DNA of 64,000 bases. It comes from Tubulanus polymorphus. Its lineage: Eukaryota; Animalia; Nemertea. The stretch is taken from positions 5,270,001-5,334,000 of the forward strand of contig NC_134035.1 in the NCBI RefSeq assembly GCF_964204645.1, given 5' to 3'. Numbering within the stretch: position 1 is the stretch's first letter; every line of letters starts with the position of its first letter. Of the stretch, positions 35,073 to 48,200 are shown in pieces. The notes beneath the pieces were generated by a model. That model did not search any database, was not told the origin of the DNA, and saw nothing but the letters and a program-made list of their open reading frames with translations. Position numbers and translations under genes: made by a program.

Positions 35073-35400
35073 CCTACTAGTCTTATCATCGGCGGCTGCA
35101 TTGATAATCCATATAGATATAAACTGACACTGGCGTTAAGTGTTTATTAAATCAGTTTTTTTTCCAAGCGAACTGATTTGACACTCATCGCAGTTTTCAT
35201 CATGTTTACATATGATCGACGGGAACAGTATACGGATTGAAGAACGGACGATGAATTTACACGGATTACTGCTCGGACTGGTGAGGAACTTCATGGACTA
35301 GCGACCGGACGACAACATCAATACAATTCAATCGACGCTTTATTCATAAAATTTTTACCTGGCCCGCCAAATGGGGTACCCGCAGTGCTACTGTGGCAAT
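35073..35400 (-). promoter_or_regulatory. Putative LRP4 5' UTR / promoter region
   Basis: CpG-enriched stretch directly upstream of the candidate start codon; TSS cannot be determined. Confidence 0.4.
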
Positions 35401-35429
35401 CGAGGATTCCACGTATGGCAGGCGAGGAT

Positions 35430-35443
35430 CCGCCAGGTGTCGC
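35430..35443 (+). promoter_or_regulatory. CTCF-like motif CCGCCAGGTGTCGC
   Basis: Close match to the CTCF core consensus CCRSYAGRKGGCRS. Confidence 0.45.
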
Positions 35444-35680
35444 TAGTAGATAGTTGGTCGTCCAGGTTCGATTTCGTCTACATTTCAATTAAACCTAAAT
35501 TAACTTTTCTCTTAAATGAATGAATCATTTTTGGAAACTTTACCGATATCCGATTAGAAGAATGAAAGTATTGTATATTGGTAGGTGCTGTGATAGTATA
35601 TAGATTGAGGAGTTCAAAAATCCAGTTCAAATGTCATTGAAAATGAACTAATTTTGACAACGAACGACCTACTGCTTGTC

Positions 35681-35694
35681 GCGCCATCTGGTGG
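35681..35694 (-). promoter_or_regulatory. CTCF motif CCACCAGATGGCGC
   Basis: Full match to the CTCF core consensus. Confidence 0.6.
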
Positions 35695-37369
35695 TATAGC
35701 TGGTTTCGCGGGTACCCCATTGAAATACAGCTTGATACCACTTCTGGTACTACGTGATAATATTATTTCGCGCGTTAATAAGCACACGATAGTTTTGATG
35801 TGAACTAAATGTTAATTTCACATCATAACAACACCAGAGAACAAAAACTTGGTAATACATTTTAATTACAACTTTAACATTTGATAACTAATAATGGCTC
35901 TTCTTTGATTTAATTATCTGTATTATAACTCTGAAATCTTCTTTAATTTGACATATTAATTTTTCAAAGTAACTTGTGCATTCAATTTATAGCTTTTCAT
36001 AATTCTTTCCATTGATATGAAATATAGAAACAGTCCAATTGTAAAATCTTCTTAAATTTGAAGTATTTCTCAATAGACAAAATTAATTATATGCCAAAAT
36101 TCTAGGCCTATAATTCTAATAGTCATTCAATGAATTCTTTTTTTATGGTTAGTGTGCAATTGACGGTTTGCAATTTAAACAAATAACCAAGTTTGTTCTC
36201 TGGCGTTATTTAGATGTGAAGTTTACTAAATTAGTAATGATAGACTGGGACATTTTTTTCTACCTTATGGGACAGTTTTTCCATGGACACTATTTCCTGG
36301 GACATTTTAGCTACATTACTAAAATAAACATCATTATAGAATCCGTTGAATGCAAAATTCAACAGACAAACTCTTGCGTGGCTAGAATTAAATGGCTCAT
36401 AAGGCTATTCATTCAAATAATTGCGATTGATGAAATACTTGATATTAACTGGCATGGAACACTTGTCATTCAATAACTCTTAATGTTAATTGAATTTGTA
36501 CGATTCACATGTGATCCTAAAGTACTTGTGCCAAATGGATAGTCTATACTCGAGGTAGAAAATAAAATACATGTCCAGTCTAAACTCATGGTCATCTTCA
36601 TCGTCAACAGTTGATGCAGCAGTGGTGGAAGGATCCTTTCTCAATTGAAGATTGCAGTGGTCAGAGAAGGTGGCAGTCATAATGAAAAGTTGCCATCGAA
36701 GAGTACACAGGGTGTTCAAGGTTTATAAAATTGAACAAAAGAAAAAATAAATGACAAAACAGGTGTGGGCTAAGATTTGCCACATTAAATGGTCCAGGTT
36801 TTGAGTAAAATAAGCAAGACCGCCGGATAGGTGAACAACGACCAGTATGTATGGTGACTAAGTAAACTTTATTTATTTCTCTACTCGATACAGCATAAGT
36901 TCATGCGGGGCTTACAGAGGCGGGGTTACATGAACTGAGGGGAGTGCGTTACTGGTAACTGACATATAACAATTCCCGACAACAGGACAAAAATTCTACA
37001 AGAATGGACAAGGTTTATTGATACAAATAGACTACAAACTGAATCAAACTATAAGTGTTACCGCCTGATCCTCCAAATCAAATGCAAGCGCCTGTGCTCT
37101 GTGAGACGAGAGAATGCTCCCCCCAAACAAGTACTGTGCACAAACCACTCGAACCTCTTGATTTACAGTGACAGCGCTTCGTCCAGTGCCATGGATGTGC
37201 ACGACTATAGGTGCGGAGACCATAACCAACCACCTCCAGTTTAATTCACTTTCCTACCATTTTATGTTGGTTGGAGTGCCGGTCTTACAGTGTGTTTCGC
37301 CAGTCTGTTAAGAAAACACGGAGCCTATAGGCTAAATAGTGCTCCGCTGTGTGATTTGAAGAAATGTAA

Positions 37370-38509
37370 GTGCCATACCCAGGGGCTCCCTCTGGTGGCC
37401 AAATCAGAAAAACTAGGGGTCCAGGGATGCCATGCCCACATGGGAAGTGGTTTCAAATGCTCAAAATCTAACAATTTCAATATTCAACTCCCCCTGGTGA
37501 CCATATACAAAAACCAACATCCTTGAAACTCACCACAATCATAGAACATGTCTGCAGCTACGATTTTGTAATTGATTGTGATAACAAAATAGCCTCATTA
37601 CCAATTTAATATAGAAATTAAGTTATTTTACTATTCAACGCCCCCAGGTGACCGTATGCAAAACCCAATGACCTTGAAACTCACCACAATTATAGAACAT
37701 GTCATGAGCTACAACTTTGCAATTGATCATGGTAAAAAAATATGCAAGGTACATATATAATATAGAAATTCTAAAGTCATTGTATTATTCAATGCCCTCT
37801 GGTAGCCATATACAAAAGGCAATGACCTTGAAACTCAGTATCATAGAACACGTTATGCCCTACAACTTTCCAATTTATGGTGCTGACAAAATATACTTAG
37901 GAATCAATATAATATGGAAAAACTTTTTTCCGCCTACAAATGAGTACTGATGACATCGAGATGGCCGCCAATTGCGTCATAATTGGCTGATCAAAAATAC
38001 CTGTTTCAGGTATAAAGGATACCTTTCCAAAGAATACCCATCAAAAATTGCAATGAGAAGTGCAAACCAGTAGGAAGATACCGGACTCAGAATTCGGGCC
38101 ATATTGACATCTTTGGGCTCAAAAAAGTCATAGGACCTTCATCTTGAGTCTGATCGACCGAATTTTTCTTAGGCTGATAGACCCTTGGAAGAATCAAATA
38201 TATACGAAAGGTCAAGATAATTAATCAATGCGTCTTCAAAATTTCCCTTAAAAAGTTCAAAAATGTGTAAAAAGTGCTTATTTTGGTGAACAACAATGGC
38301 TGCCAGTCGCCATCTTGATTCTGACAGAGCCTGGTTTTGGGATGAAAATGTGTCTAGGGTAGATACATGTGTAACCCAAATATCAAGATATTGAAGCGTC
38401 TTAAAAACTTCCCAAAATAACTGGATTCCATCTAGAGACGGATGAACGGACGACGGACGAAAAGTGAACGCAAAAGCCCGCTGGGACTAAAGTCCCAAGT
38501 GAGCTAAAA
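37370..38509 (+). mobile_element. Helentron/HINE-like non-autonomous element with internal ~152-bp tandem repeats
   Basis: Three internal repeats (37487, 37638, 37792), a GACG-type microsatellite (38437-38460), and a terminal hairpin TGGGACT-AA-AGTCCCA followed by GTGAGCTAAAA. The 5' boundary is uncertain. Confidence 0.6.
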
Positions 38510-39214
38510 CGGTTCGTACTTGGTGGGTATTGGTCCATAGAACATTCATACCAAATTTTGATTGATCTGAAAACTGTACGACTAACCAATTTGAAGAAAT
38601 AGAAGCCACACTCCTAGGGACAAATCCCAGAAAGGGCTCCATAACTTTGTAGAACATTCATACAAAATTTGGAATTGCTGTAGATTTAGTAGCAATTTGA
38701 AGAAATAGAAACTTTTAATCAAGTGGTGATCAGCTATCATATCGATTTTCTTCTTCAATTTGTCTTGAACGGAGTCATTTTAATCGTTCTTCTTTTTCTT
38801 AATTCCGCAATAAGTAAAACTAGAAAATAATGACATGATGAGAGGTTGCTCGCAAATAATGCAAGGCAAAGAGCAGATTTCAGAACCCCACACGACATAT
38901 AAAATTTGATGAGGACATTTTGCTTACTTAAAATCGGGACATCACTCAATCAGCTTCTGGTGACGGATTGGATAACTCTCACTACCATCGTTAAATCATC
39001 ATACATCGGGTCCTAAAATAAAAGATATCAAAAAGATTAATCAGATGAACAAAAATTCAACAAGGCAATTTGATATGACTTATCTACATCCCCCAAACCC
39101 CGTTAAGACTCTTGGTATCCAAAAATCAATAGTGCAACCAGGGGTACCACATAATGCAATATCATTGTCCTCTTATCAATGGTTCTTTATGAATCACGTT
39201 AACAAGGTTTCGTG

Positions 39215-42200
39215 TAAAAGTGTTCAGGACCATATGTAGTCCCAAAATTGGACAATTGGAAATCAGTGGAGTACGTCCCTACCCATCTATTACAATTAAA
39301 AACATCATCTTCTGGCCCATGTTTAGCTCAGAAATTCCGAATCTTTCGACCCATCTATTGCAAATTAGTTCAATACACCCTACCCATATATGACAATTGA
39401 ATTCAGCATCTTCAGGACCGTATGAAGCCTCAAAAATCTAGATCTTTCAACCAATCAACTGAAAATTAGTTCAGTACACCCAACCCTTATATGACAACTG
39501 AATACAGCATCTTCAGGACGATATGGAGCCACAAAAGTCTGGATCATTCGATCTATGTATTGAAAATCAGTTCAATACACCCTACCCATATAGGACAATT
39601 GAATTCAGCATCTTCAGGACGATATGAAGCCTCAAAAATCTAGATCTTTCGACCAATCTACTGAAAATCAGTTCAGTACACCGAACCCTTATATGTCAAT
39701 TCAATACAGCATCTTCAGGACGATATGATGCCCCAAAATCCTGGATCTTTCGACCAATCTATTGAAAATCAGTTCAGTACACCCAACCCTTATATGACAA
39801 ATGAATACAGCATCTTCAGGACGATATGGAGCCACAAAATTCTGGATCATTCGACCAATGTATTGAAAATCAGTTCAATACACCCAACCCATATAGGACA
39901 ATTGAATTCAGCATCTTCAGGACAATATGAAGCCTCAAAAATCTAGATCTTTTGACCAATCTATGAAAATCAGTTCAGTACAGCCTACCCTTATCCGACA
40001 ATTGAATATAGCATCTTCAGGACAATATGGAGTCACAAAATTCTGGATCTTTCGACCAATCTATTGTAAATTAGTTCAGTACACCCTACCCTTATATGAC
40101 AATTGAATACAGCATCTTCAGGGCGATATGGAGCCACAAAATTCTGGTTCTTTCGACCAATGTATTGAAAATCAGTTCAATACACACTACCCAGATAGGA
40201 CAATTGAATTCAGCATCTTCAGGATGATATGAAGCCTCAAAAATCTAGATCTTTTAACCAATCTACTGAAAATCACTTCAGTACACCCAACCCTTATATG
40301 ACAATTCAATACAGCATCTTCAGGACGATATGATGCCCCAAAATCCTGGATCTTTCAACCAATCTACTGAAAAACAGTTCAGTACACCCAACCCTTATAT
40401 GACAATTGAATACAGCATCTTCAGGACGATATGAAGCCTCAAAAATCTAGATCTTTCGACCAATCTACTGAAAATCAGTTCAGTACACCCAACCCTTATA
40501 TGTCAATTCAATACAGCATCTTCAGGACGATATGATGCCCCAAAATCCTGGATCTTTCGACCAATCTATTGAAAATCAGTTCAGTACACCCAACCCTTAT
40601 ATGACAAATGAATACAGCATCTTCAGGACGATATGGAGCCACAAAATTCTGGATCATTCGACCAATGTATTGAAAATCAGTTCAATACACCCAACCCATA
40701 TAAGACAATTGAATTCAGCATCTTCAGGACGATATGAAGCCTCAAAAATCTAGATCTTTTGAACAATCTATGAAAATCAGTTCAGTACAGCCTACCCTTA
40801 TCCGACAATTGAATATAGCATCTTCAGGACAATATGGAGTCACAAAATTCTGGATTTTTCGACCAATCTATTGTAAATTAGTTCAGTACACCCTACCCAT
40901 ATAGGACAATTGAATTCAGCATCTTCAGGACGATATGAAGCCCCAAAAATCTAGATCTTTCAACCAATCTACTGACAATCAGTCCAGTACAGCCAACCCT
41001 TATATGTCAATTCAATACAGCATCTTCAGGACGATATGATGCCCCAAAATCTAGGATCTTTCGACCAATCTATTGAAAATCAGTTCAGTACACCAAACCC
41101 TTATATGACAAATGAATACAGCATCTTCAGGACGATATGAAGCCACAAAGCGCTGGATCATTCAACTAATGTATTGAAAATCAGTTCAGTAAACACTTAC
41201 CCGATCTGTTGCAATCGAATACGACATCTTCTAGGCTGTATGTAGCCACAAAATTCTACATCATCCAACCGTTCTCTTGATACACAGTTCAATACAAAAC
41301 GCATAGCATCTATAAAGATCAAATACATTATTTTCAGGACCATAGTAGTGAGAAAATCCAGTTCTAACAGCCCATCTATTGAAAATTAGTTCAATACACC
41401 CTACCCATATAGGATAATTGAATTCAGCATCTTCAGGACGATATGAAGCCTAAAAAATATAGAACTTTCAACCAATCTACTGAAAATCAGTACAGTACAC
41501 CCAACCCTTATATGACAATTCAATACAGCATCTTCAGGACGATATGATGCCTCAAAATCCTGGATCCTTTGACCAAATTATTGAAGAACAGTTCATTACA
41601 CCCTACCCATATATGACAATTGAATACAGCATCTTCAGGACGATATGAAGCCTCAAAAATCTAGATCTTTCAACCACTCTACTTAAAATCAGTTCAGTAC
41701 ACCCAACCCTTACATGACAACTGAATACAGCATCTTCAGGACGATATGGAGCCACAAAATTCTGGATCTTTCGACCAATCTATTGAAAATTAGTTCAGTA
41801 CACCCAACCCTTATATGACAACTGAATACAGCATCTTCAGGACGATATGGAGCCACAAAATTCTGGATCTTTCGACCAATGTATTAAAAATCAGTTCAAT
41901 ACACCTTACCCTTATAGGACAATCGAATTCAGCATCTTCAGGACGATATGAAGCCTCAAAAATCTAGATCTTTCAACCAATCTACTGAAAATCACTTCAG
42001 TACACCCAACCCTTATATGACAATTCAATACAGCATCTTCAGGATGATATGATGCCCCAAAATCCTGGATCTTTCAACCAATCTACTGAAAAACAGTTCA
42101 GTACACCCAACCCTTATATGACAAATGAATACAGCATCTTCAGGACGATATGGAGCCACAAAATTCTGGATCATTCGACCAACATATTGAAAATCAGTTC

Positions 42201-45200
42201 AATACACCCAAGCCATATAGGACAATTGAATTCAGCATCTTCAGGACGATATGAAGCCACAAAGCGCTGGATCTTTCAACTAATGTATTGAAAATCAGTT
42301 CAGTAAACACCTACCCGATCTGTTGCAATCGAATACGACATCTTCTAGGCTGTATGTAGCCACAGAATTCTACATCATCCAACCGTTCTCTTGATACACA
42401 GTTCAATACAAAACCCATAGCATCTATAAAGATCAAATACATATTTTCAGGACCAGAGTAGTGAGAAAATCCAGTTCTAACAGCCCATCTATTGAAAATT
42501 AGTTCAATACACCCTACCCATATAGGATAATTGAATTCAGCATCTTCAGGACCATATGAAGCCTCAAAAATATAGACCTTTCAACCAATCTACTGAAAAT
42601 CAGTTCAGTACACCCAACCCTTATATGACAATTCAATACAGCATCTTCAGGACGATATGAAGCCTCAAAAATCTAGATCTTTCAACCACTCTACTTAAAA
42701 TCAGTTCAGTATAGCCTACCCTTATATGACAACTGAACACAGCATCTTCAGGACGATATGGAGCGACAAAATTCTGGATCTTTCGACCAATCTATTGAAA
42801 ATTAGTTCAGTACACCCAACCCTTATATGACAACTGAATACAGCATCTTCAGGACGATATGGAGCCACAAAATTCTGGATCTTTCGACCAATGTATTGAA
42901 AATCAGTTCATTACACCCTACCCATATATGACAATTGAATACAGCATCTTCAGGACGATATGAAGCCTATAAAATCTAGATCTTTCAACCAATCTACTGA
43001 AAATCAGTTCAGTACACCCAACCCTTATATGACAATTCAATACAGTATCTTCAGGACGATAAGGAGCCCCAAAATTCTGGATCTTTCGACCAATCTATTG
43101 AAAATTAGTTCAATACACCCAACCCTTATATGACAATTGAATACAGCATCTTCAGGACAATATGGAGCCAAAAATTCTGGATCATTCGACCAATGTATTG
43201 AAAATCAGTTCAATACATCCTACCCATATAGGACAATTGAATTCAGCATCTTCAGGACGATATGAAGCCTCAAAGATCTAGATCTTTTGACCAATCTACT
43301 GAAAATCAGTTCAGTACACCCAACCTTTGTATGTCAATTCAATACAGCATCTTCAGGACAATATGATTCCCCAAAATCCTGGATCTTTCGACCAATCTAT
43401 TGAAAATCAGTTCCTTACACTCTACCCTTATATGACAATTCAATACAGCATCATCAGGACGATATGATGCCCCAAAATCTTGGATCTTTTGACCAATCTA
43501 CTGAAAATCAGTGCAGTACATCCAACCCTTATATGACAATTGAATACAGCATCTTCAGGATGATATGGAGCCACGAAATTCTGGATCTTTCAACCAATTT
43601 ATTGAAAATTAGTTCAGTACACCTTACCCTTATATAACAATTGAATACAGCATCTTCAGGGCGATATGGAGCCACAAAATTCTGGATCTTTCGACCAATG
43701 TATTGAATATCTGTTCAATACACCCTACCCATATATGACAATTGAATACAGCATCTTCAGGGCGATATGAAGCCTATAAAATCTAGATCTTTCAACCAAT
43801 CTACTGAAAATCAGTGCAGTACACCCAACCCTTATACGACAATTGAAAAAAGCATCTTCAGGACGATATGGAGCCACAAAATTCTGGATCTTTCGACAAA
43901 TCTATTGAAAATTAGTTCAGTACACCCAACCCTTACATGACAACTGAATACAGCATCTTCAGGACGATATGATGCCCCAAAATCCTGGATCTTTCAACCA
44001 ATCTACTGAAAAACAGTTCAGTACACCCAACCCTTATATGACAACTGAATACAGCATCTTCAGGACGATATGGAGCCACAAAATTCTGGATCTTTCGACC
44101 AATGTATTGAAAATCAGTTCATTACACCCTACCCATATATGACAATTGAATACAGCATCTTCAGGACGATATGAAGCCTATAAAATCTAGATCTTTCAAC
44201 CAATCTACTGAAAATCAGTGCAGTACACCCAACCCTTATACGACAATTGAAAAAAGCATCTTCAGGACGATATGGAGCCACAAAATTCTGGATCTTTCGA
44301 CCAATGTATTAAAAATCAGTTCAAAACAACCTACCCAAATAGGACAATTGAATTCAGCATCTTCAGGATGATATGAAGCCTCAAAAATCTAAATCTTTCA
44401 ACCAATCTGCTGAAAATCAGTTCAGTACACCCAACCCTTATATGACAATTCAATACAGCATCTTCAGGACGTTATGGAGCCACAAAATTCTGGTTCTTTC
44501 GACCAATCTATTGAAAATCAGTTCAATACACCCTACCAATATAGGACAATTGAATTCAGCATCTTCAGGACAATATGAAGCCTCAAAATCCTGGATCTTT
44601 CAACCAATCTACTGAAAATCATTTCAGTACACCCAACCCTTATATGACAATTCAATACAGCATCTTCAGGACGATATGATGCCCCAAAATCCTGGATCTT
44701 TCAACCAATCTACTGAAAAACAGTTCAGTACACCCAACCCTTATATGACAACTGAATACAGCATCTTCAGGACGATATGGAGCCACAAAATTCTGGAACT
44801 TTCGACCAATGTATTGAAAATCAGTTCATTACACCCTACCCATATATGACAATTGAATACAGCATCTTCAGGCCGATATGAAGCCTATAAAATCTAGATC
44901 TTTCAACCAATCTACTGAAAATCAGTGCAGTACACCCAACCATTATATGAAAATTGAAAACAGCATCTTCAGGACGATATGGAGCCACAAAATCCTGGAT
45001 CTTTTGACCAATCTATTGAAAATCAGTTCATTACCCCCTACCCTTATATGACAATTCAATACAGCATCCTCAGGACGATATGGAGCCACAAAATTCTGGA
45101 TCTTTCGACCAATCTATTGAAAATCAGTTCATTACCCCCTACCCGTATATGACAATTGAATACAGCATCTTCAGGACGATATGAAGCCCATAAAATCTAG

Positions 45201-48200
45201 ATCTTTCAACCAATCTACTGAAAATCAGTGCAGTACACCCAACCCTTATATAACAATTGAATACAGCATCTTCAGGACGATATGGAGCCATAAAATTCTG
45301 GATCTTTCGACCAATTTATTGTAAATTAGTTCAGTACACCCTACCCTTAAATAACAATTGAATACAGCATCTTCAGGACGATATGGAGCCACAAAATCCT
45401 GGATCTTTTGACCAATCTATTGAAAATCAGTTCATTACACCCTACCCATATATGACAATTGAATACAGCATCTTCAGGACGATATGAAGCCCCAAAAATC
45501 TAGATCTTTCAACCAATCTGCTGAAAATCAGTTCAGTACACCCAACCCTTACATGACAACTGAATACAGCATCTTCAGGACGATATGGAGCCACAAAATT
45601 CTGGATCTTTCGACCAATGTATTAAAAATCAGTTCAATACAACCTACCCAAATAGGACAATAGAATTCAGCATCTTCAGGACGATATGAAGCCACAAAGC
45701 GCTGCATCTTTCAACCAATCTGCTGAAAATCAGTTCAGTACACCCAACCTTTGTATGTCAATTCAATACAGCATCTTCAGGACAATATGATTCCCCAAAA
45801 TCCTGGATCTTTCGACCAATCTATTGAAAATCAGTTCCTTACACTCTACCCTTATATGACAATTCAATACAGCATCATCAGGACGATATGATGCCCCAAA
45901 ATCTTGGATCTTTTGACCAATCTACTGAAAATCAGTGCAGTACATCCAACCCTTATATGACAATTGAATACAGCATCTTCAGGATGATATGGAGCCACAA
46001 AATTCTGGATCTTTCGACCAATTTATTGAAAATTAGTTCAGTACACCTTACCCTTATATAACAATTGAATACAGCATCTTCAGGGCGATATGGAGCCACA
46101 AAATTCTGGATCTTTCGACCAATGTATTAAAAATCAGTTCAAAACAACCTACCCAAATAGGACAATTGAATTCAGCATCTTCAGGATGATATGAAGCCTC
46201 AAAAATCTAAATCTTTCAACCAATCTGCTGAAAATCAGTTCAGTACACCCAACCCTTATATGACAATTCAATACAGCATCTTCAGGACGTTATGGAGCCA
46301 CAAAATTCTGGTTCTTTCGACCAATCTATTGAAAATCAGTTCAGTACACCCTACCCACATAGGACAATTGAATTCAGCATCTTCAGGACAATATGAAGCC
46401 TCAAAATCCTGGATCTTTCAACCAATCTACTGAAAATCATTTCAGTACACCCAACCCTTATATGACAATTCAATACGGCATCTTCAGGACGATATGATGC
46501 CCCAAAATCCTGGATCTTTCAACCAATCTACTGAAAAACAGTTCAGTACACCCAACCCTTATATGACAACTGAATACAGCATCTTCAGGACGATATGGAG
46601 CCACAAAATTCTGGAACTTTCGACCAATGTATTGAAAATCAGTTCATTACACCCTACCCATATATGACAATTGAATACAGCATCTTCAGGCCGATATGAA
46701 GCCTATAAAATCTAGATCTTTCAACCAATCTACTGAAAATCAGTGCAGTACACCCAACCATTATATGAAAATTGAAAACAGCATCTTCAGGACGATATGG
46801 AGCCACAAAATTCTGGATCTTTTGACCAATCTATTGAAAATCAGTTCATTACCCCCTACCCTTATATGACAATTCAATACAGCATCCTCAGGACGTTATG
46901 GAGCTACAAAATCCTGGATCTTTTGACCAATCTATTGAAAATCAGTTCATTACCCCCTACCCATATATGACAATTGAATACAGCATCTTCAGGACGATAT
47001 GAAGCCTATAAAATCTAGATCTTTCAGCCAATCTACTGAAAAACAGTTCAGTACACCCAACCCTTATATGACAACTGAATACAGCATCTTCAGGACGATA
47101 TGGAGCCACAAAATCCTGGATCTTTTGACCAATCTATTGAAAATCAGTTCATTACCCCCTACCCTTATATGACAATTCAATACAGCATCCTCAGGACGAT
47201 ATGGAGCCACAAAATTCTGGATCTTTCGACCAATCTATTGAAAATCAGTTCATTACCCCCTACCCATATATGACAATTGAATACAGCATCTTCAGGACGA
47301 TATGAAGCCCATAAAATCTAGATCTTTCAACCAATCTACTGAAAATCAGTGCAGTACACCCAACCCTTATATAACAATTGAATACAGCATCTTCAGGACG
47401 ATATGGAGCCATAAAATTCTGGATCTTTCGACCAATTTATTGTAAATTAGTTCAGTACACCCTACCCTTAAATAACAATTGAATACAGCATCTTCAGGAC
47501 GATATGGAGCCACAAAATCCTGGATCTTTTGACCAATCTATTGAAAATCAGTTCATTACACCCTACCCATATATGACAATTGAATACAGCATCTTCAGGA
47601 CGATATGAAGCCCCAAAAATCTAGATCTTTCAACCAATCTGCTGAAAATCAGTTCAGTACACCCAACCCTTACATGACAACTGAATACAGCATCTTCAGG
47701 ACGATATGGAGCCACAAAATTCTGGATCTTTCGACCAATGTATTAAAAATCAGTTCAATACAACCTACCCAAATAGGACAATAGAATTCAGCATCTTCAG
47801 GACGATATGAAGCCACAAAGCGCTGCATCTTTCAACCAATCTGCTGAAAATCAGTTCAGTACACCCAACCTTTGTATGTAAATTCAATACAGCATCTTCA
47901 GGACAATATGATTCCCCAAAATCCTGGATCTTTCGACCAATCTATTGAAAATCAGTTCCTTACACTCTACCCTTATATGACAATTCAATACAGCATCATC
48001 AGGACGATATGATGCCCCAAAATCTTGGATCTTTTGACCAATCTACTGAAAATCAGTGCAGTACATCCAACCCTTATATGACAATTGAATACAGCATCTT
48101 CAGGATGATATGGAGCCACAAAATTCTGGATCTTTCGACCAATTTATTGAAAATTAGTTCAGTACACCTTACCCTTATATAACAATTGAATACAGCATCT

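Larger units (their letters stand above)
35370..35721. mobile_element. MITE-like element with 14-bp TIRs, containing two convergent CTCF-like motifs
   Basis: AATGGGGTACCCGC (35370-35383) and its exact reverse complement (35708-35721). Confidence 0.65.

Noticed and set aside
36830-36971. Possible solo LTR (minus strand TGTTATATG...AATAAA)
   Set aside because: No matching terminal inverted end, target-site duplication, PBS or PPT found.
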